Assembly: GCA_963792415.1 (NCBI GenBank)
Contig: CAWBVY010000006.1
Location: 64,001 to 128,000, forward strand
Reading direction: 5' to 3'
From: Candidatus Deferrimicrobiaceae bacterium
GTDB lineage: Bacteria > Desulfobacterota > Deferrimicrobia > Deferrimicrobiales > Deferrimicrobiaceae
Length of the DNA stretch: 64,000 nt
Shown: piece after piece, positions 8,304 to 18,034 of the stretch
Layout of the letters: every line of letters starts with the position of its first letter
How positions within the stretch are numbered: position 1 is the stretch's first letter
Notes under the pieces: model-generated
What the model saw: the letters and a program-made list of their open reading frames with translations, nothing else
What the model was told of the DNA's origin: nothing
Database searches by the model: none
Position numbers and translations under genes: made by a program

Positions 8304-9854
8304 TCAGGGACCATCCCCCTCCAGGAACTGCCGGATGACCGCCCCGAGGGAGTCACGGATCTCCTCCGCGGTGATCTGTTCCATGGCGCGGACTTTCAGC
8401 GCGCAGCCGAGCCGCTCCACCCGGTTCCGGAAGAGACGAAGGGTGTTCTCTCCGAGGCCGAAATCCGGGAAGGAATTTCCCATGACGGCCAGCACCACCC
8501 GGGCGGAGACGCCGCGGGTGTAGTCCGATATCGCCATGAGGCTCTCGAGCGCCCCCGACATCTCGTCCTTCAGAAAGACGACGATCCCCAGCGGAGAGGG
8601 CGCGAGAGTGTACCAGAGCGGGGACAGGACGCGCAGATACGGAAAGGCGTAGAGACGGATAGAGCATTTCTCCCCCACGCGGAGGCGCCCGAACATGCCG
8701 GAGGGAATTCCCTCTTTTCGACGAAGCGAGAAAAATACGTTGTCGACCTCGAAGTCCCGGAATTTTCCGAGCGCCATCAGCAATCCCTCGAGGAGCGAAG
8801 GGTCGGGAAGGTAAAAGACGATCTGCCCCGATCCTGCCGCCGATCCGTTGTCCTCGAGCCGGGCCCGGAGACGGGCCAGGTCCTCGGAGGGAAGAAATTC
8901 GCTTTTGCAGGGACGCGCGTCGAAATTCCCGAACCGCAGTACTCCACGATTCCGGAGGGCGATCAAACCCTCGTAGACAACGAGGTCGGGGAATCCGCAG
9001 TTGTCGACCACCTCCTCGACGGTGCCGCAGAACTCCGCCAGCAGAAGAATCTCGCGGATCACGCCTCCGGCGGTGGCGACCTCGCGGCCCTCCGGGACCA
9101 CGGCGACGCCGTCGATCGGGTGGGGAAGGGTGTCCCCGAGCCTTCGTAGTTCGTCGTCGTGTCGCATCCCCTCGAGGATCGCCTGTTGGCCCGGCGTGAA
9201 GATGGTCCGTCGGACGCCGACCTTTCCCGGGAGGAAGCGGAATTTCCCCTCCTTCAACGGGATGAGTCGGAACAGGGCCTTTTCCCCGGTGATGTTCCGG
9301 GTAACGGCGGAGACGATCTCTCCACGCTCTATGTATACCGATCCGGAGATATGCTCCCCTTCGACCCGCAGGATTCCGTTTTTCCGGTTCATCGCGAGCA
9401 TCTGCCACAGGTCGGGCAGGAAGATCTGGCTCAGGTTTCCGCTGATCTCGGAATCCCCGGTCAGGGCTTCGGAGAGCGGATCCTGGTAGAGCGCCCGCTG
9501 AATGCGCAGGAGGATCTCCTCCTCATGGAACGGCCTGCGGATGTACTCGTCCAACTCCTGTCGAAACCCCGACACGGACTCCTCCCGCTCGCTGATGAAA
9601 AAGATCGACATCGAGCGCGTGTTCGGATTGCTCCGAAGGATCTGGACCAGTCGTTCGGGAGGGAGGATCGGGACCGAAAGGTCCAGCAGGAGGATGTCCG
9701 GTTTCCGCAGGAGCGTCTCCGCAAGCGCCTTGCTCCCGTCCGCCGCCTCGATGACCTCAAGCCCCTTCTCGCGAAGATACGCCGACAGCGTCTGCCGGGA
9801 CTTGTCGGAGGGGTCGGCGATCAGGACTCGCTTGATCCCAAGGATCGTGGTCAT
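8304..9854 (-). CDS. Atypical response regulator: REC-DUF4388(PATAN)-GTPase-like C-terminal domain
   Basis: N-terminal REC fold (PDILLLDL); ISGNLSQIFLPDLWQMLAMNRKNGIL...GEKALFRL...EGKFRF is DUF4388-like; the C-terminal assignment is tentative. Confidence 0.75.
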   Translation of the reverse strand: MTTILGIKRVLIADPSDKSRQTLSAYLREKGLEVIEAADGSKALAETLLRKPDILLLDLSVPILPPERLVQILRSNPNTRSMSIFFISEREESVSGFRQELDEYIRRPFHEEEILLRIQRALYQDPLSEALTGDSEISGNLSQIFLPDLWQMLAMNRKNGILRVEGEHISGSVYIERGEIVSAVTRNITGEKALFRLIPLKEGKFRFLPGKVGVRRTIFTPGQQAILEGMRHDDELRRLGDTLPHPIDGVAVVPEGREVATAGGVIREILLLAEFCGTVEEVVDNCGFPDLVVYEGLIALRNRGVLRFGNFDARPCKSEFLPSEDLARLRARLEDNGSAAGSGQIVFYLPDPSLLEGLLMALGKFRDFEVDNVFFSLRRKEGIPSGMFGRLRVGEKCSIRLYAFPYLRVLSPLWYTLAPSPLGIVVFLKDEMSGALESLMAISDYTRGVSARVVLAVMGNSFPDFGLGENTLRLFRNRVERLGCALKVRAMEQITAEEIRDSLGAVIRQFLEGDGP

Positions 9855-11704
9855 CTAGAAATTCCCCTGGAGTCTGTACATCTCCTGGGCCTTCTCGAGC
9901 ATCGACTCCACCAGCGACTCATCGGCCGTGTTGAACCCGTCCACCTCGGTTTCCCGGGCGGCGCAGAAAAACCCGTATGCCCCGCCCTCCTTCAGATACA
10001 AGACGAACTCCCGGTCTTTCAGCAGTTCATCCTCCGCCGCGACATACATCAGGTTTTTCGAGTCGAACCGCGTGCCGGCCGACTGGCCGACGACATAGAC
10101 TTTCCTGCGCGGCGTGCCGGAAGGCGTGAAGGCGAGGAAGATCTGCTTGTAGATCTCGGGGGTCGGCCCCGCGGCGATAACGATCCCGGGCTCCTCCGGG
10201 GCCGAGGCGACATCCTGGGCCACCGCCTCGAGGATCCGCAGCCAGGTTTCGCGAGGGACGGAGAGGTTGGCGTTCCGTCCGAGGTCCTTGCGGAAACGCA
10301 GGAAGTACGGTACTTCCTCCCCCTTTCTCAAGAGGTCGTAGTACTCCCTCTTCCCGACGAGTATTTCGAAGGCTTCCCAGAAGGGGCGTTCGGCGAGGTG
10401 CATTCGATGCAGCGGACCCTTCTGCTGCCGCACGAATTTCTCCTCGGCAACGCGCAGCAATTCGTGAAATTCCTGGCCGTCCCTCGGGGAGGTCGCGGAC
10501 ATGAAGAACGGCTGAAGGAAAAACTCCGTCCCGAGGAACTGGATCCCGCACTTTTCCTTTACCGCCTTCCGAAGCCGTCGAATGGCGAGCAAGGTTCCGA
10601 AGGAGTCTGTTTCGGGAAGGACAACGCAAAAACGGTTCCCCTCCTCCCGCGCGACGAGATCCGAATCGCGCACCGTACGACGGACCGTGTCGACCATCGA
10701 TGTCAGCGCTCCCGCGACGATGCTCTCCCGAGTCTGCTCCACAAGGAAGGAGTAGTTCTCGATCGTGAGGAATACGACGGAGAGCGGTCGGTGGAAACGG
10801 GTCGCCTTGTAGCGCTCCTTCTCGAAATAGTCGGCGAGGAACGCCGCGGAGTAGGCGCCGGTCTCCGGATCCCGCAAGGAAACCTTCTCGTTCCGCCCGA
10901 GGCGATCGACCGTGTTCAGGGCGCCGGCGGCGTAATCGGCGATGATCCGGGCCATGTGGATCTCCCGCTCGCCGAAAGGTTTCGCGTCGCCCCGATCCCC
11001 CAGCTTCACCAGGCCGATCGGGTTTCCCTGATGAAGGAGCGGAACGAAGAGGTTCGACCCGCTGCGGACGCCTCTCTCCCCCCCGTGGCGACGAGAAACG
11101 GGTCTCCCTTCCAGACCTCCTCCGCCGTGTCCGACCGCGAAAGGAAGAAGCGGGACCCTTCCCGGTCGATTCCGATCGCGCCGCGAACGGAAGCGATCAG
11201 CATCTCGTCCGGATCGGAGGGCGAAACGAGCCAGATGACGCAACTCGTTCCCCCGAGGGCGTTGATGAACGTCTCCGTTACCTGCGCCAGCAATTTTTCC
11301 TCGTCCTGCGCGGACATCATCCCCAGGCATTGCTGGTACATGGATGCCATCGTGTAGTACTCAAGGCTCTCCGAAAGGAGGCGGTCGGCCACCGGGCCGT
11401 CCGGCCCGCCATGCGAGGGGGAGCCCCAGATGACCCATCGCGCCACCTCGTGGGCCGGCGGCTCATCGCGGTACAGGAACAGGGGGCCCCGGTACCGATT
11501 CGCGTCGGACAGGACGCCGAACATGCCGGCACGCGCGGACTCCACCGGGGCGACGATGGCGGCGTAGCCGGAGAGATCGAGTGTCTCGAGGTCCTCCCCG
11601 GGGTCGCGGAAGTCGAACTCGACGGGATGATCGAGGAGGTTGAGACGCAGCTCCCTGGCGGAGGAAGGCCGTTCCTCGAAGATCAGTATCCGGGAGGTTT
11701 TCAT
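9855..11704 (-). CDS. Pseudo-REC-GAF-degenerate GGDEF-DICT-like protein, frameshifted at a G7 run (11078-11084)
   Basis: The N-terminal half (MKTSRILIFEE...VATGG) and C-terminal half (SNLFVPLLHQG...RDSDLVAREEGNRF) join if one G is added. Confidence 0.8.
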
Positions 11705-11718
11705 CGCGGCGGCAAGTC

Positions 11719-12207
11719 TTACATCTTGTACTTGCTGAACTGCTCCGGGTCCATCTTCTCGAGCAGCTCGGTCCATTTGTCCCTCTCATCGCCTTCGGAC
11801 GCCGCGATGGCGGGGATGGAGGATTGGGCGAGAACCGTTTCGGATATCAGTATGGGCGCTCCGCAGCGAAGGGCGAGCGCGATGGCGTCGCTGGGACGGG
11901 CGTCGATGTGCACGCTCTCCCCGTCACCCTCGATGTGAAGGAGGGCGAAGTACGTGCTCTCGCGGATCTCGGCGATCTCGACGCTCCGGAGTCGCGTTCC
12001 GGTGGCGTGGAGGATCGACTTCATCAGGTCATGCGTCATCGGGCGCGGAAGTTCCGTCCCCTCGAGCACCAGCGCGATCGCGTTGGCTTCGAGCAGGCCG
12101 ATCCAGATCGGGACCACGTTGCCGGACTCCGGTTCCCGGAGAACCACGATCGGGGATTTCGTCACGGGGTCGACCGTGACGCCGGCCACTGTAACCTCTT
12201 TAGGCAT
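11719..12207 (-). CDS. Bifunctional nuclease family protein (DUF151)
   Basis: PIWIGLLEANAIA, PRPMTHDL, IDARPSDAIALALR. Confidence 0.92.
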   Translation of the reverse strand: MPKEVTVAGVTVDPVTKSPIVVLREPESGNVVPIWIGLLEANAIALVLEGTELPRPMTHDLMKSILHATGTRLRSVEIAEIRESTYFALLHIEGDGESVHIDARPSDAIALALRCGAPILISETVLAQSSIPAIAASEGDERDKWTELLEKMDPEQFSKYKM

Positions 12208-13519
12208 CGGAGGACCTCTCTTTCCCGACAAGGGAGTGGGTTCCCGCGCCGGTAACGAGGACGGATCGGATCGCCCCGTCTCCGCTCCCGGGAGTGAAGT
12301 TCACCGTCTTGTTGCAGGCGGTTCGGCCACAACGCATTCCCGGGTCTCTCGCGCTCGTTCCCTCGACGAGAACCGTGACCTCCCGACCGACCTGCGTCGT
12401 GAGACGCTCCCTGGTGTGCACCGCCTGAAGCTCCTGCAGTCGCCGCAGCCGCCCGGCCGCCTCTTTCGGGTCGACCTTCCCCTTCATCTCCGCCGCCCGG
12501 GTCCCGGGCCGGGGGGAAAAGCGGAACGAGAACGAGGAGTCGAAACGAACCTCCCGCATGGCGGAAAGGGTCTCCCGGAAATCGTCCTCCGTCTCCCCCG
12601 GGAAGCCGACGATGAAGTCGGAAGAGAAAGCGATGCCCGGGCGGACTTTCCGCAACGAATCGATTTTGGCGAGATACTCCCCGCGCGTGTAGCCCCGTCC
12701 CATGGCTTCAAGAACACGGTCGGAGCCGGATTGCAGAGGGAGGTGGACGTGCGGGCAAAGCGTCTCCACCTCCCCGAAGAGCCGGATCGTCCGGTCGTCG
12801 AGGTCCCTCGGATGGGAGGTGATGAACCGGATCCGGCGTATTCGCTCGATCGCGGAGATCCGCCGCAGAAGTTCCGGGAACGGGATCTCCCCTTCCTTTT
12901 TCCCATAGGAGTTGACGTTCTGCCCCAGCAGGACGACTTCCATCACTCCGCGCCCGGCGAGAACGCGGACCTCGGAAAGGATGTCCCCGGCCGGCCGGCT
13001 CACCTCCCGCCCCCGAACCAGGGGGACGACGCAGTAGGCGCAGAAATTGTCGCATCCCTGCATGATGGCGACCATCGCCGATACCGCGCCGGCGGGAAGG
13101 TGCGGAAGAACGTCCCAGTGCGTCATCTCCTCATCCATCCCGAGGGCCAGCGTCGGGAGGCGGCGTTCCGCTCTCCGGACCATCTCGGGAAGGTTCGCGA
13201 TATTGTGGGTTCCGAAGACGATGTCGACATGGGGGGCCCGCTTCCGGAGCTCCTCCCCGTCCTGCTGGGCGAGACAACCCCCGACTCCGACGAGCCGTCC
13301 CGGGCGGCGCAGCTTCCAGCGGCGCAACGTCCCGAGATCGCTGTAGATCTTCTGGTCGGCTTTCTCGCGGATGCTGCAGGTGTTGAGGAGGACGAGGTCC
13401 GCCTCCTCGAGGGAGGGGGCGGCAAGGTACTCCGCCGAGGACATGAGCGAGAGCATCCTCGCCGAGTCTACCGCGTTCATCTGGCACCCGAACGTCTTGA
13501 TGAAGACACTTCGCCGCAT
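12200..13519 (-). CDS. miaB: tRNA-2-methylthio-N6-isopentenyladenosine synthase
   Basis: TFGCQMN, NTCSIRE, GCDNFCAYC radical SAM motif, C-terminal TRAM domain. Confidence 0.95.
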   Translation of the reverse strand: MRRSVFIKTFGCQMNAVDSARMLSLMSSAEYLAAPSLEEADLVLLNTCSIREKADQKIYSDLGTLRRWKLRRPGRLVGVGGCLAQQDGEELRKRAPHVDIVFGTHNIANLPEMVRRAERRLPTLALGMDEEMTHWDVLPHLPAGAVSAMVAIMQGCDNFCAYCVVPLVRGREVSRPAGDILSEVRVLAGRGVMEVVLLGQNVNSYGKKEGEIPFPELLRRISAIERIRRIRFITSHPRDLDDRTIRLFGEVETLCPHVHLPLQSGSDRVLEAMGRGYTRGEYLAKIDSLRKVRPGIAFSSDFIVGFPGETEDDFRETLSAMREVRFDSSFSFRFSPRPGTRAAEMKGKVDPKEAAGRLRRLQELQAVHTRERLTTQVGREVTVLVEGTSARDPGMRCGRTACNKTVNFTPGSGDGAIRSVLVTGAGTHSLVGKERSSDA

Positions 13520-13527
13520 GGGTCCAG

Positions 13528-13536
13528 ATTATAGCA
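13528..13536 (-). promoter_or_regulatory. Extended -10 promoter for miaB
   Basis: TGCTATAAT lies 8 nt upstream of the ATG; no SD sequence. Confidence 0.5.
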
Positions 13537-13545
13537 TCTGCCCGC

Positions 13546-14352
13546 TCAGGCGATCGCGGTCATCTTCTCCCCGCGGATGATGAAGCGGTCGGGGTCGATC
13601 TCCTTCCGCAGCACGCGAAGTTCGTCGTCCGTCGGCGGCGCGATCTCGCCGATCTCGGGCGCCAGAAGAGGCCGAAAGGCCATATCCTTCACGACCTCTT
13701 CGACCGGAATCCCCCGGAGGACCGAGAGGAGGGTCATCTTCCGGGACTCCTTGTCGAAGCCGAACAGCGCCTTCGAGGTGACCACGCGATGGGGACCCGT
13801 GCCGCGGGGCAGCCCCGCCTTCTCGCGGGCCCCCGGCCCGTCGAGGTACCCGGGCGAGGTGAGGAAATCGAGCTTCGGGACGAACCGGCGCCCTTCGTGC
13901 TTGATGACGATGATCGTCTTCCAGCAGTGCGAGGCCACCTGGTTTCCGCCTCCACTCCCGGCGAACCTGCGCGTGGGCCTGGCAAACGTGCCGCCGAGGA
14001 AGGTCGAGTTGATGTTTCCATACGGATCGACCTGGAGCGCCCCGAGCATTCCGTAATCCATATAGCCCGTGGCGGAGTACGAGAAGGCCCAGTTCATGTT
14101 GAGCCACTGGAGCGATCGGTAGGTGTTCTGCGGCCCCCCCATCGTTCCCCGGACGAACGGAAGGACGGATTGCGGCCCGATCGCCCCGAACTCGAAGAGC
14201 TGGGTCACGTTGGGGACGTACAGCTTCTGCGCCAGCATGGCGACCACTTGCGGGATCCCCCACCCGACGAAAATCGTCTTGCCGTCCTCGATGAGACGGG
14301 CGCCCTGGGCGATCATGAACTCCGTGTCGGTGAATTCGATCGTGCGCGGCAT
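13546..14352 (-). CDS. Family I CoA-transferase subunit B (GctB-like)
   Basis: FVGWGIP, LFEFG (catalytic Glu position kept), QVDPYGNIN, GSGGG, DFLTSPG. Confidence 0.88.
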   Translation of the reverse strand: MPRTIEFTDTEFMIAQGARLIEDGKTIFVGWGIPQVVAMLAQKLYVPNVTQLFEFGAIGPQSVLPFVRGTMGGPQNTYRSLQWLNMNWAFSYSATGYMDYGMLGALQVDPYGNINSTFLGGTFARPTRRFAGSGGGNQVASHCWKTIIVIKHEGRRFVPKLDFLTSPGYLDGPGAREKAGLPRGTGPHRVVTSKALFGFDKESRKMTLLSVLRGIPVEEVVKDMAFRPLLAPEIGEIAPPTDDELRVLRKEIDPDRFIIRGEKMTAIA

Positions 14353-15330
14353 TCAGCGGTAGCCCTCGGTTATCGTGGCGCGGCGGCGCAGTTCCCGCAT
14401 CCTCTTCGCCCCGACCCGCCGGTCGAGAAACTCCTCATGGTCGCCGACCGAGTAGATGTTCTCCTCGAGATATTCGCCCATCTGGTCATCCGTGCGGATG
14501 GCGTTCAGCCGGTCGACGTGTTCGAGATCGATCTCGTAGCGGGCCGGCATCGCGCCGGGATATGCGCCGAAGGGGGCGTGGACCACCGCGTCGACCAGGA
14601 AGTACGGGAGCGTGGTCCGCATCGGATCCTTCCGGAACTCGTCGGTTTCGACGATCTCCTCGGCCGAGACGATCACGCGGAAGGAGGCGAGCGCCGCCTC
14701 GAGGGCGAACAGGTTCGTCCCGAAGATTCTCGCGTTGCCGAGCACGTCCGCCTGGTGGACATGGAGGAACGCGACGTCGGGGTTCAAGGCGGGAACGAGG
14801 CAGACCGGATTCCCCGTGTACGGATCCGTGATCGTCTTCGCCGCCGAGACCTTCAGGTTGTCGGAGCCGAGCATGTCCCTGGTGGGAAGGAACGGAACTC
14901 CGCGCGCGCCCGCGAGGAGCCGGAGGGCAAGCCCTCCGTTCGTCCATTCGTACGCCTTGACGCGACCGTCGCAGACCGCCTGGCCGATGTAATTTCCGTA
15001 CCCGAGAAAGCCGACGTCGATCCGGGTGGCGCATCCGGCCCCCACCAGCAGGGGAGACTCGTGAAGCGTGAATTCGGCACCGATCCAGAGCTCCTTCTTC
15101 CGTTGCCGGATCACCTCCCGGATCAACGATTGGGGGCCGCGGGTGAGACTTGAGAAATCGTATACGATGTAATCCCCGTCCGACACGAACGCGGCCACCG
15201 CCTCCTTCGCGGTGAACAGTTTCGGGACGGGGTTTCGGCCTTTCCGATCGCGGACATGCTCCCGGAAATCGTCGGGGTGGGTGAACCGGTACTCCACTTC
15301 CCCCTCCCTCCGGATCCGTTCGACCGTCAT
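14353..15330 (-). CDS. Family I CoA-transferase subunit A (GctA-like)
   Basis: AGARGVPFLP, PALNPDVAFLHVHQADVLGN, PFGAYP; ATGA overlap with meaB. Confidence 0.88.
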   Translation of the reverse strand: MTVERIRREGEVEYRFTHPDDFREHVRDRKGRNPVPKLFTAKEAVAAFVSDGDYIVYDFSSLTRGPQSLIREVIRQRKKELWIGAEFTLHESPLLVGAGCATRIDVGFLGYGNYIGQAVCDGRVKAYEWTNGGLALRLLAGARGVPFLPTRDMLGSDNLKVSAAKTITDPYTGNPVCLVPALNPDVAFLHVHQADVLGNARIFGTNLFALEAALASFRVIVSAEEIVETDEFRKDPMRTTLPYFLVDAVVHAPFGAYPGAMPARYEIDLEHVDRLNAIRTDDQMGEYLEENIYSVGDHEEFLDRRVGAKRMRELRRRATITEGYR

Positions 15331-16328
15331 CGGGGGTTCCCCTTTCCCTTGCCCGAATCCTTCTTTCCGCCGTTCAGGAAATGGAACGCGAAGCTGTGGT
15401 TGACCACCTTTTCCGAAATGGAGTACGGATCGATCCGCTTTTTCGCCATCTCGGCGAGCAGTGGATCGAGGAGCCCGTGGGCGTCGAGATCCGACACGGC
15501 TTTTTCGATCAGGCGGGTCTTGAGGATCTCCACCAGTTCGACCCGCGCCTTTTCGCGGCGATACCGGGAGAGGTTCCCCTCCTGGTAGATGTATTCCCGG
15601 TGCCGGTCGACGGCTTCCAGGAGTTCCAGCGTCCCCTGGTCGGTCGCGGCGACCGCGGGGAGGACGGGAGGCTTCCATTCGCCCTCCTCGAAGCTGCTCA
15701 TCGAAACCATCGTCTCGATCTCCTGCTTCGCCTTGTCGGCTCCGTCCCGGTCCGCCTTGTTGATGACGAAGATGTCGGCGATCTCGAGAATCCCCGCCTT
15801 GATCGCCTGGATGTCGTCCCCCAGCCCCGGAACGACGAGCACGAGGTTGGTGTGGGCCACCTTGACGATCTCCACCTCGTCCTGCCCCACGCCGACCGTC
15901 TCGATCAGGATGATGTCCTTCCCCATCGCATCCATGACGTTCACGATGTCGATGGTCGAACGGGAAAGACCCCCCAGATGCCCCCGGGTGGCGAGGCTCT
16001 TTATGAACACGCCCTCGTCGAGCGCGTGCTCCTGCATCCGGATCCGGTCGCCGAGGATGGCGCCGCCGGAATACGGGCTCGTCGGGTCGATGGCGACGAT
16101 ACCGATCGACTTCCCCCGCTTCCGGAGATGCGTGGTGATCCGGTTGACGAGGGTCGATTTTCCGGCGCCCGGCGCTCCCGTTACGCCGAGGATGTAGGCG
16201 CGCCCCGTATGCCGGTACAGTTGCTTCAGGGTCCGGATGGCCGCCGGGATCTCGTCGTCGAGGTCCCGCATCAGCCGCGCCGCGGCCCGGGTGTTTCCGG
16301 CGAGGATCTCCCTTCCGGCGGCGTTCAC
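15327..16328 (-). CDS. meaB: B12 mutase-associated GTPase
   Basis: GAPGAGKST, DPTSPYSGGAILGDRIRM, ETVGVGQ, NKAD. Confidence 0.95.
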   Translation of the reverse strand: MNAAGREILAGNTRAAARLMRDLDDEIPAAIRTLKQLYRHTGRAYILGVTGAPGAGKSTLVNRITTHLRKRGKSIGIVAIDPTSPYSGGAILGDRIRMQEHALDEGVFIKSLATRGHLGGLSRSTIDIVNVMDAMGKDIILIETVGVGQDEVEIVKVAHTNLVLVVPGLGDDIQAIKAGILEIADIFVINKADRDGADKAKQEIETMVSMSSFEEGEWKPPVLPAVAATDQGTLELLEAVDRHREYIYQEGNLSRYRREKARVELVEILKTRLIEKAVSDLDAHGLLDPLLAEMAKKRIDPYSISEKVVNHSFAFHFLNGGKKDSGKGKGNPR

Positions 16329-16333
16329 GGCGG

Positions 16334-17479
16334 TCAGTGACTCCGGATCAGGTCGCGGGCGATGATGATCCGCTGGATTTCAGAGGTCCCTTCCCCGATC
16401 TCGCACAGTTTCGCGTCCCGCATGTACCGCTCCGCGGGATACTCCTGCGTGTACCCGTACCCGCCGAACACCTGGACCGCCTTGATCGTCGCCCGCATCG
16501 CAGCCTCGGATGCGAACAGTTTGGCCATCGCCGCTTCGCGGGTGTATGGGCGCCCGGCGTCCTTGAGGAAAGCCGCCCGGAAGGTCATCAGCTCGGCGGC
16601 CTCGAGCTCGGTCCCCATGTCCGCGAACATCCACTGGATCGCCTGGAACTCCGAGACCGGGTGCCCGAACTGCACGCGCTCCTTCGAATAGGCCAGCGCC
16701 TCGCGCATCGCCCCGAGGCCGATTCCCACCGAGAGGGCGGCGATCGAGATCCGCCCCCCGGCCAGGTTTTTCATCGTGTCCCGGAATCCGGAGTTCACCT
16801 GCCCCACCACGGCGTCGGGACCCACCTCGACGTCTTCGAAGAACAGCTCGGCGGTGTCGGAGCAGCGCATCCCGAGCTTGTGGAGCTTTCTCCCGACCGA
16901 GAGTCCTTTCGTGCCGGCCGGAAAGACGAAGGCGGTGACGCCGTCCTTCCCCTTCTCCCTGTCCGTGACGGCGAGGACCACGTACACGCCTGCGACGTTG
17001 CCCTGGGTGATGAACATCTTGCTCCCGTTGATCACCCAGCGGTCCTTCTTCCATACCGCCTTCGTCCGCATCCCGAGGGAGTCGGAACCGGAACCGGCCT
17101 CGGTAAGGGCCCAGGCCCCGAGGGCTCTTCCGGACGCCAGTTCGGGAAGGTATTTCCGCTTCACCGATTCCGATCCGAATCCGAGGATGTGCGCGGTGCA
17201 AAGGGAGTTGTGGGACGCCACCGTCAGGCCGAGCGAGCCGTCCCCCTTCGAGATCTCTTCCACCGCGACGGCGTAGCTGACCGCGTCCATTCCGGATCCG
17301 CCGTACTCCTCGGGGACCATCGCTCCGAGGAGGCCGAGCTCGCCGAGTTTCTCGACCGTCTGTAGAGGGAACTCCGCCGAGGCATCCCACTCCCCCGCCT
17401 TCGGCCGGACCTCCTTCGCGACGAACGTCCGCAGCATGTCCCGCAGCGCCTGCTGCTCGTCGTTCAGGAGGAACTCCAT
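16334..17479 (-). CDS. Acyl-CoA dehydrogenase
   Basis: [32 protein letters not shown]. Confidence 0.95.
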   Translation of the reverse strand: MEFLLNDEQQALRDMLRTFVAKEVRPKAGEWDASAEFPLQTVEKLGELGLLGAMVPEEYGGSGMDAVSYAVAVEEISKGDGSLGLTVASHNSLCTAHILGFGSESVKRKYLPELASGRALGAWALTEAGSGSDSLGMRTKAVWKKDRWVINGSKMFITQGNVAGVYVVLAVTDREKGKDGVTAFVFPAGTKGLSVGRKLHKLGMRCSDTAELFFEDVEVGPDAVVGQVNSGFRDTMKNLAGGRISIAALSVGIGLGAMREALAYSKERVQFGHPVSEFQAIQWMFADMGTELEAAELMTFRAAFLKDAGRPYTREAAMAKLFASEAAMRATIKAVQVFGGYGYTQEYPAERYMRDAKLCEIGEGTSEIQRIIIARDLIRSH

Positions 17480-17483
17480 CCCG

Positions 17484-18032
17484 CTACTCCGAAGGCACGA
17501 AATAGACATCGGTCGGCTTCAGCTGGGAATTGCGTCGGAACTTCGCCTTCACCTTCATTCCGATCCTTATTTCCTCCGGAAGCGAAGGCCCGAGCAGGCG
17601 GGAGAGGAAGAGCGTGTCGACCCCGTCGAATTCCACCAGCACGAGGTGAAAGGGGGTCTCCTTGAGGAACTCCTCTCCCCCGAAATAGCAGGTGGTGAAG
17701 GTGTGGACCCGCCCCGACTGCGGAAGTTCGACCCACACGGTCTCCCGCCCGCATTGGGCGCACGCCAGGCGCGGGGTTGCGTAGGTGTAGTCGCACTTCC
17801 GGCATTTCGTGCCGAGGAGTTTCCCGTTCGAAAGCCCGGCGAAGAAGGGGGAGTCCTGCCCGTAGGAATGGATGTAGTCGATGTTGTACGGCTGTTTGAT
17901 GACGATGGGGGACATCCCCTTGAGCGTCTTGAGGTCCGCGGGCAGCGGGACGTTGAACACCGTCGTTCCGGTCATCAGTTCCTCGAATTTCGAAGAGGCC
18001 GCGGGCCGCTTCACCGGGTTCTTCCTCTCCAT
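17484..18032 (-). CDS. DUF35 Zn-ribbon/OB-fold protein
   Basis: GTKCRKC...[21 protein letters not shown]; directly downstream of the thiolase-like gene. Confidence 0.9.
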   Translation of the reverse strand: MERKNPVKRPAASSKFEELMTGTTVFNVPLPADLKTLKGMSPIVIKQPYNIDYIHSYGQDSPFFAGLSNGKLLGTKCRKCDYTYATPRLACAQCGRETVWVELPQSGRVHTFTTCYFGGEEFLKETPFHLVLVEFDGVDTLFLSRLLGPSLPEEIRIGMKVKAKFRRNSQLKPTDVYFVPSE

Positions 18033-18034
18033 GG

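Noticed and set aside
13546-15330. AibA/AibB-type methylglutaconyl-CoA decarboxylase
   Set aside because: Subunit B keeps Glu at the catalytic position (LFEFG), consistent with a true CoA-transferase
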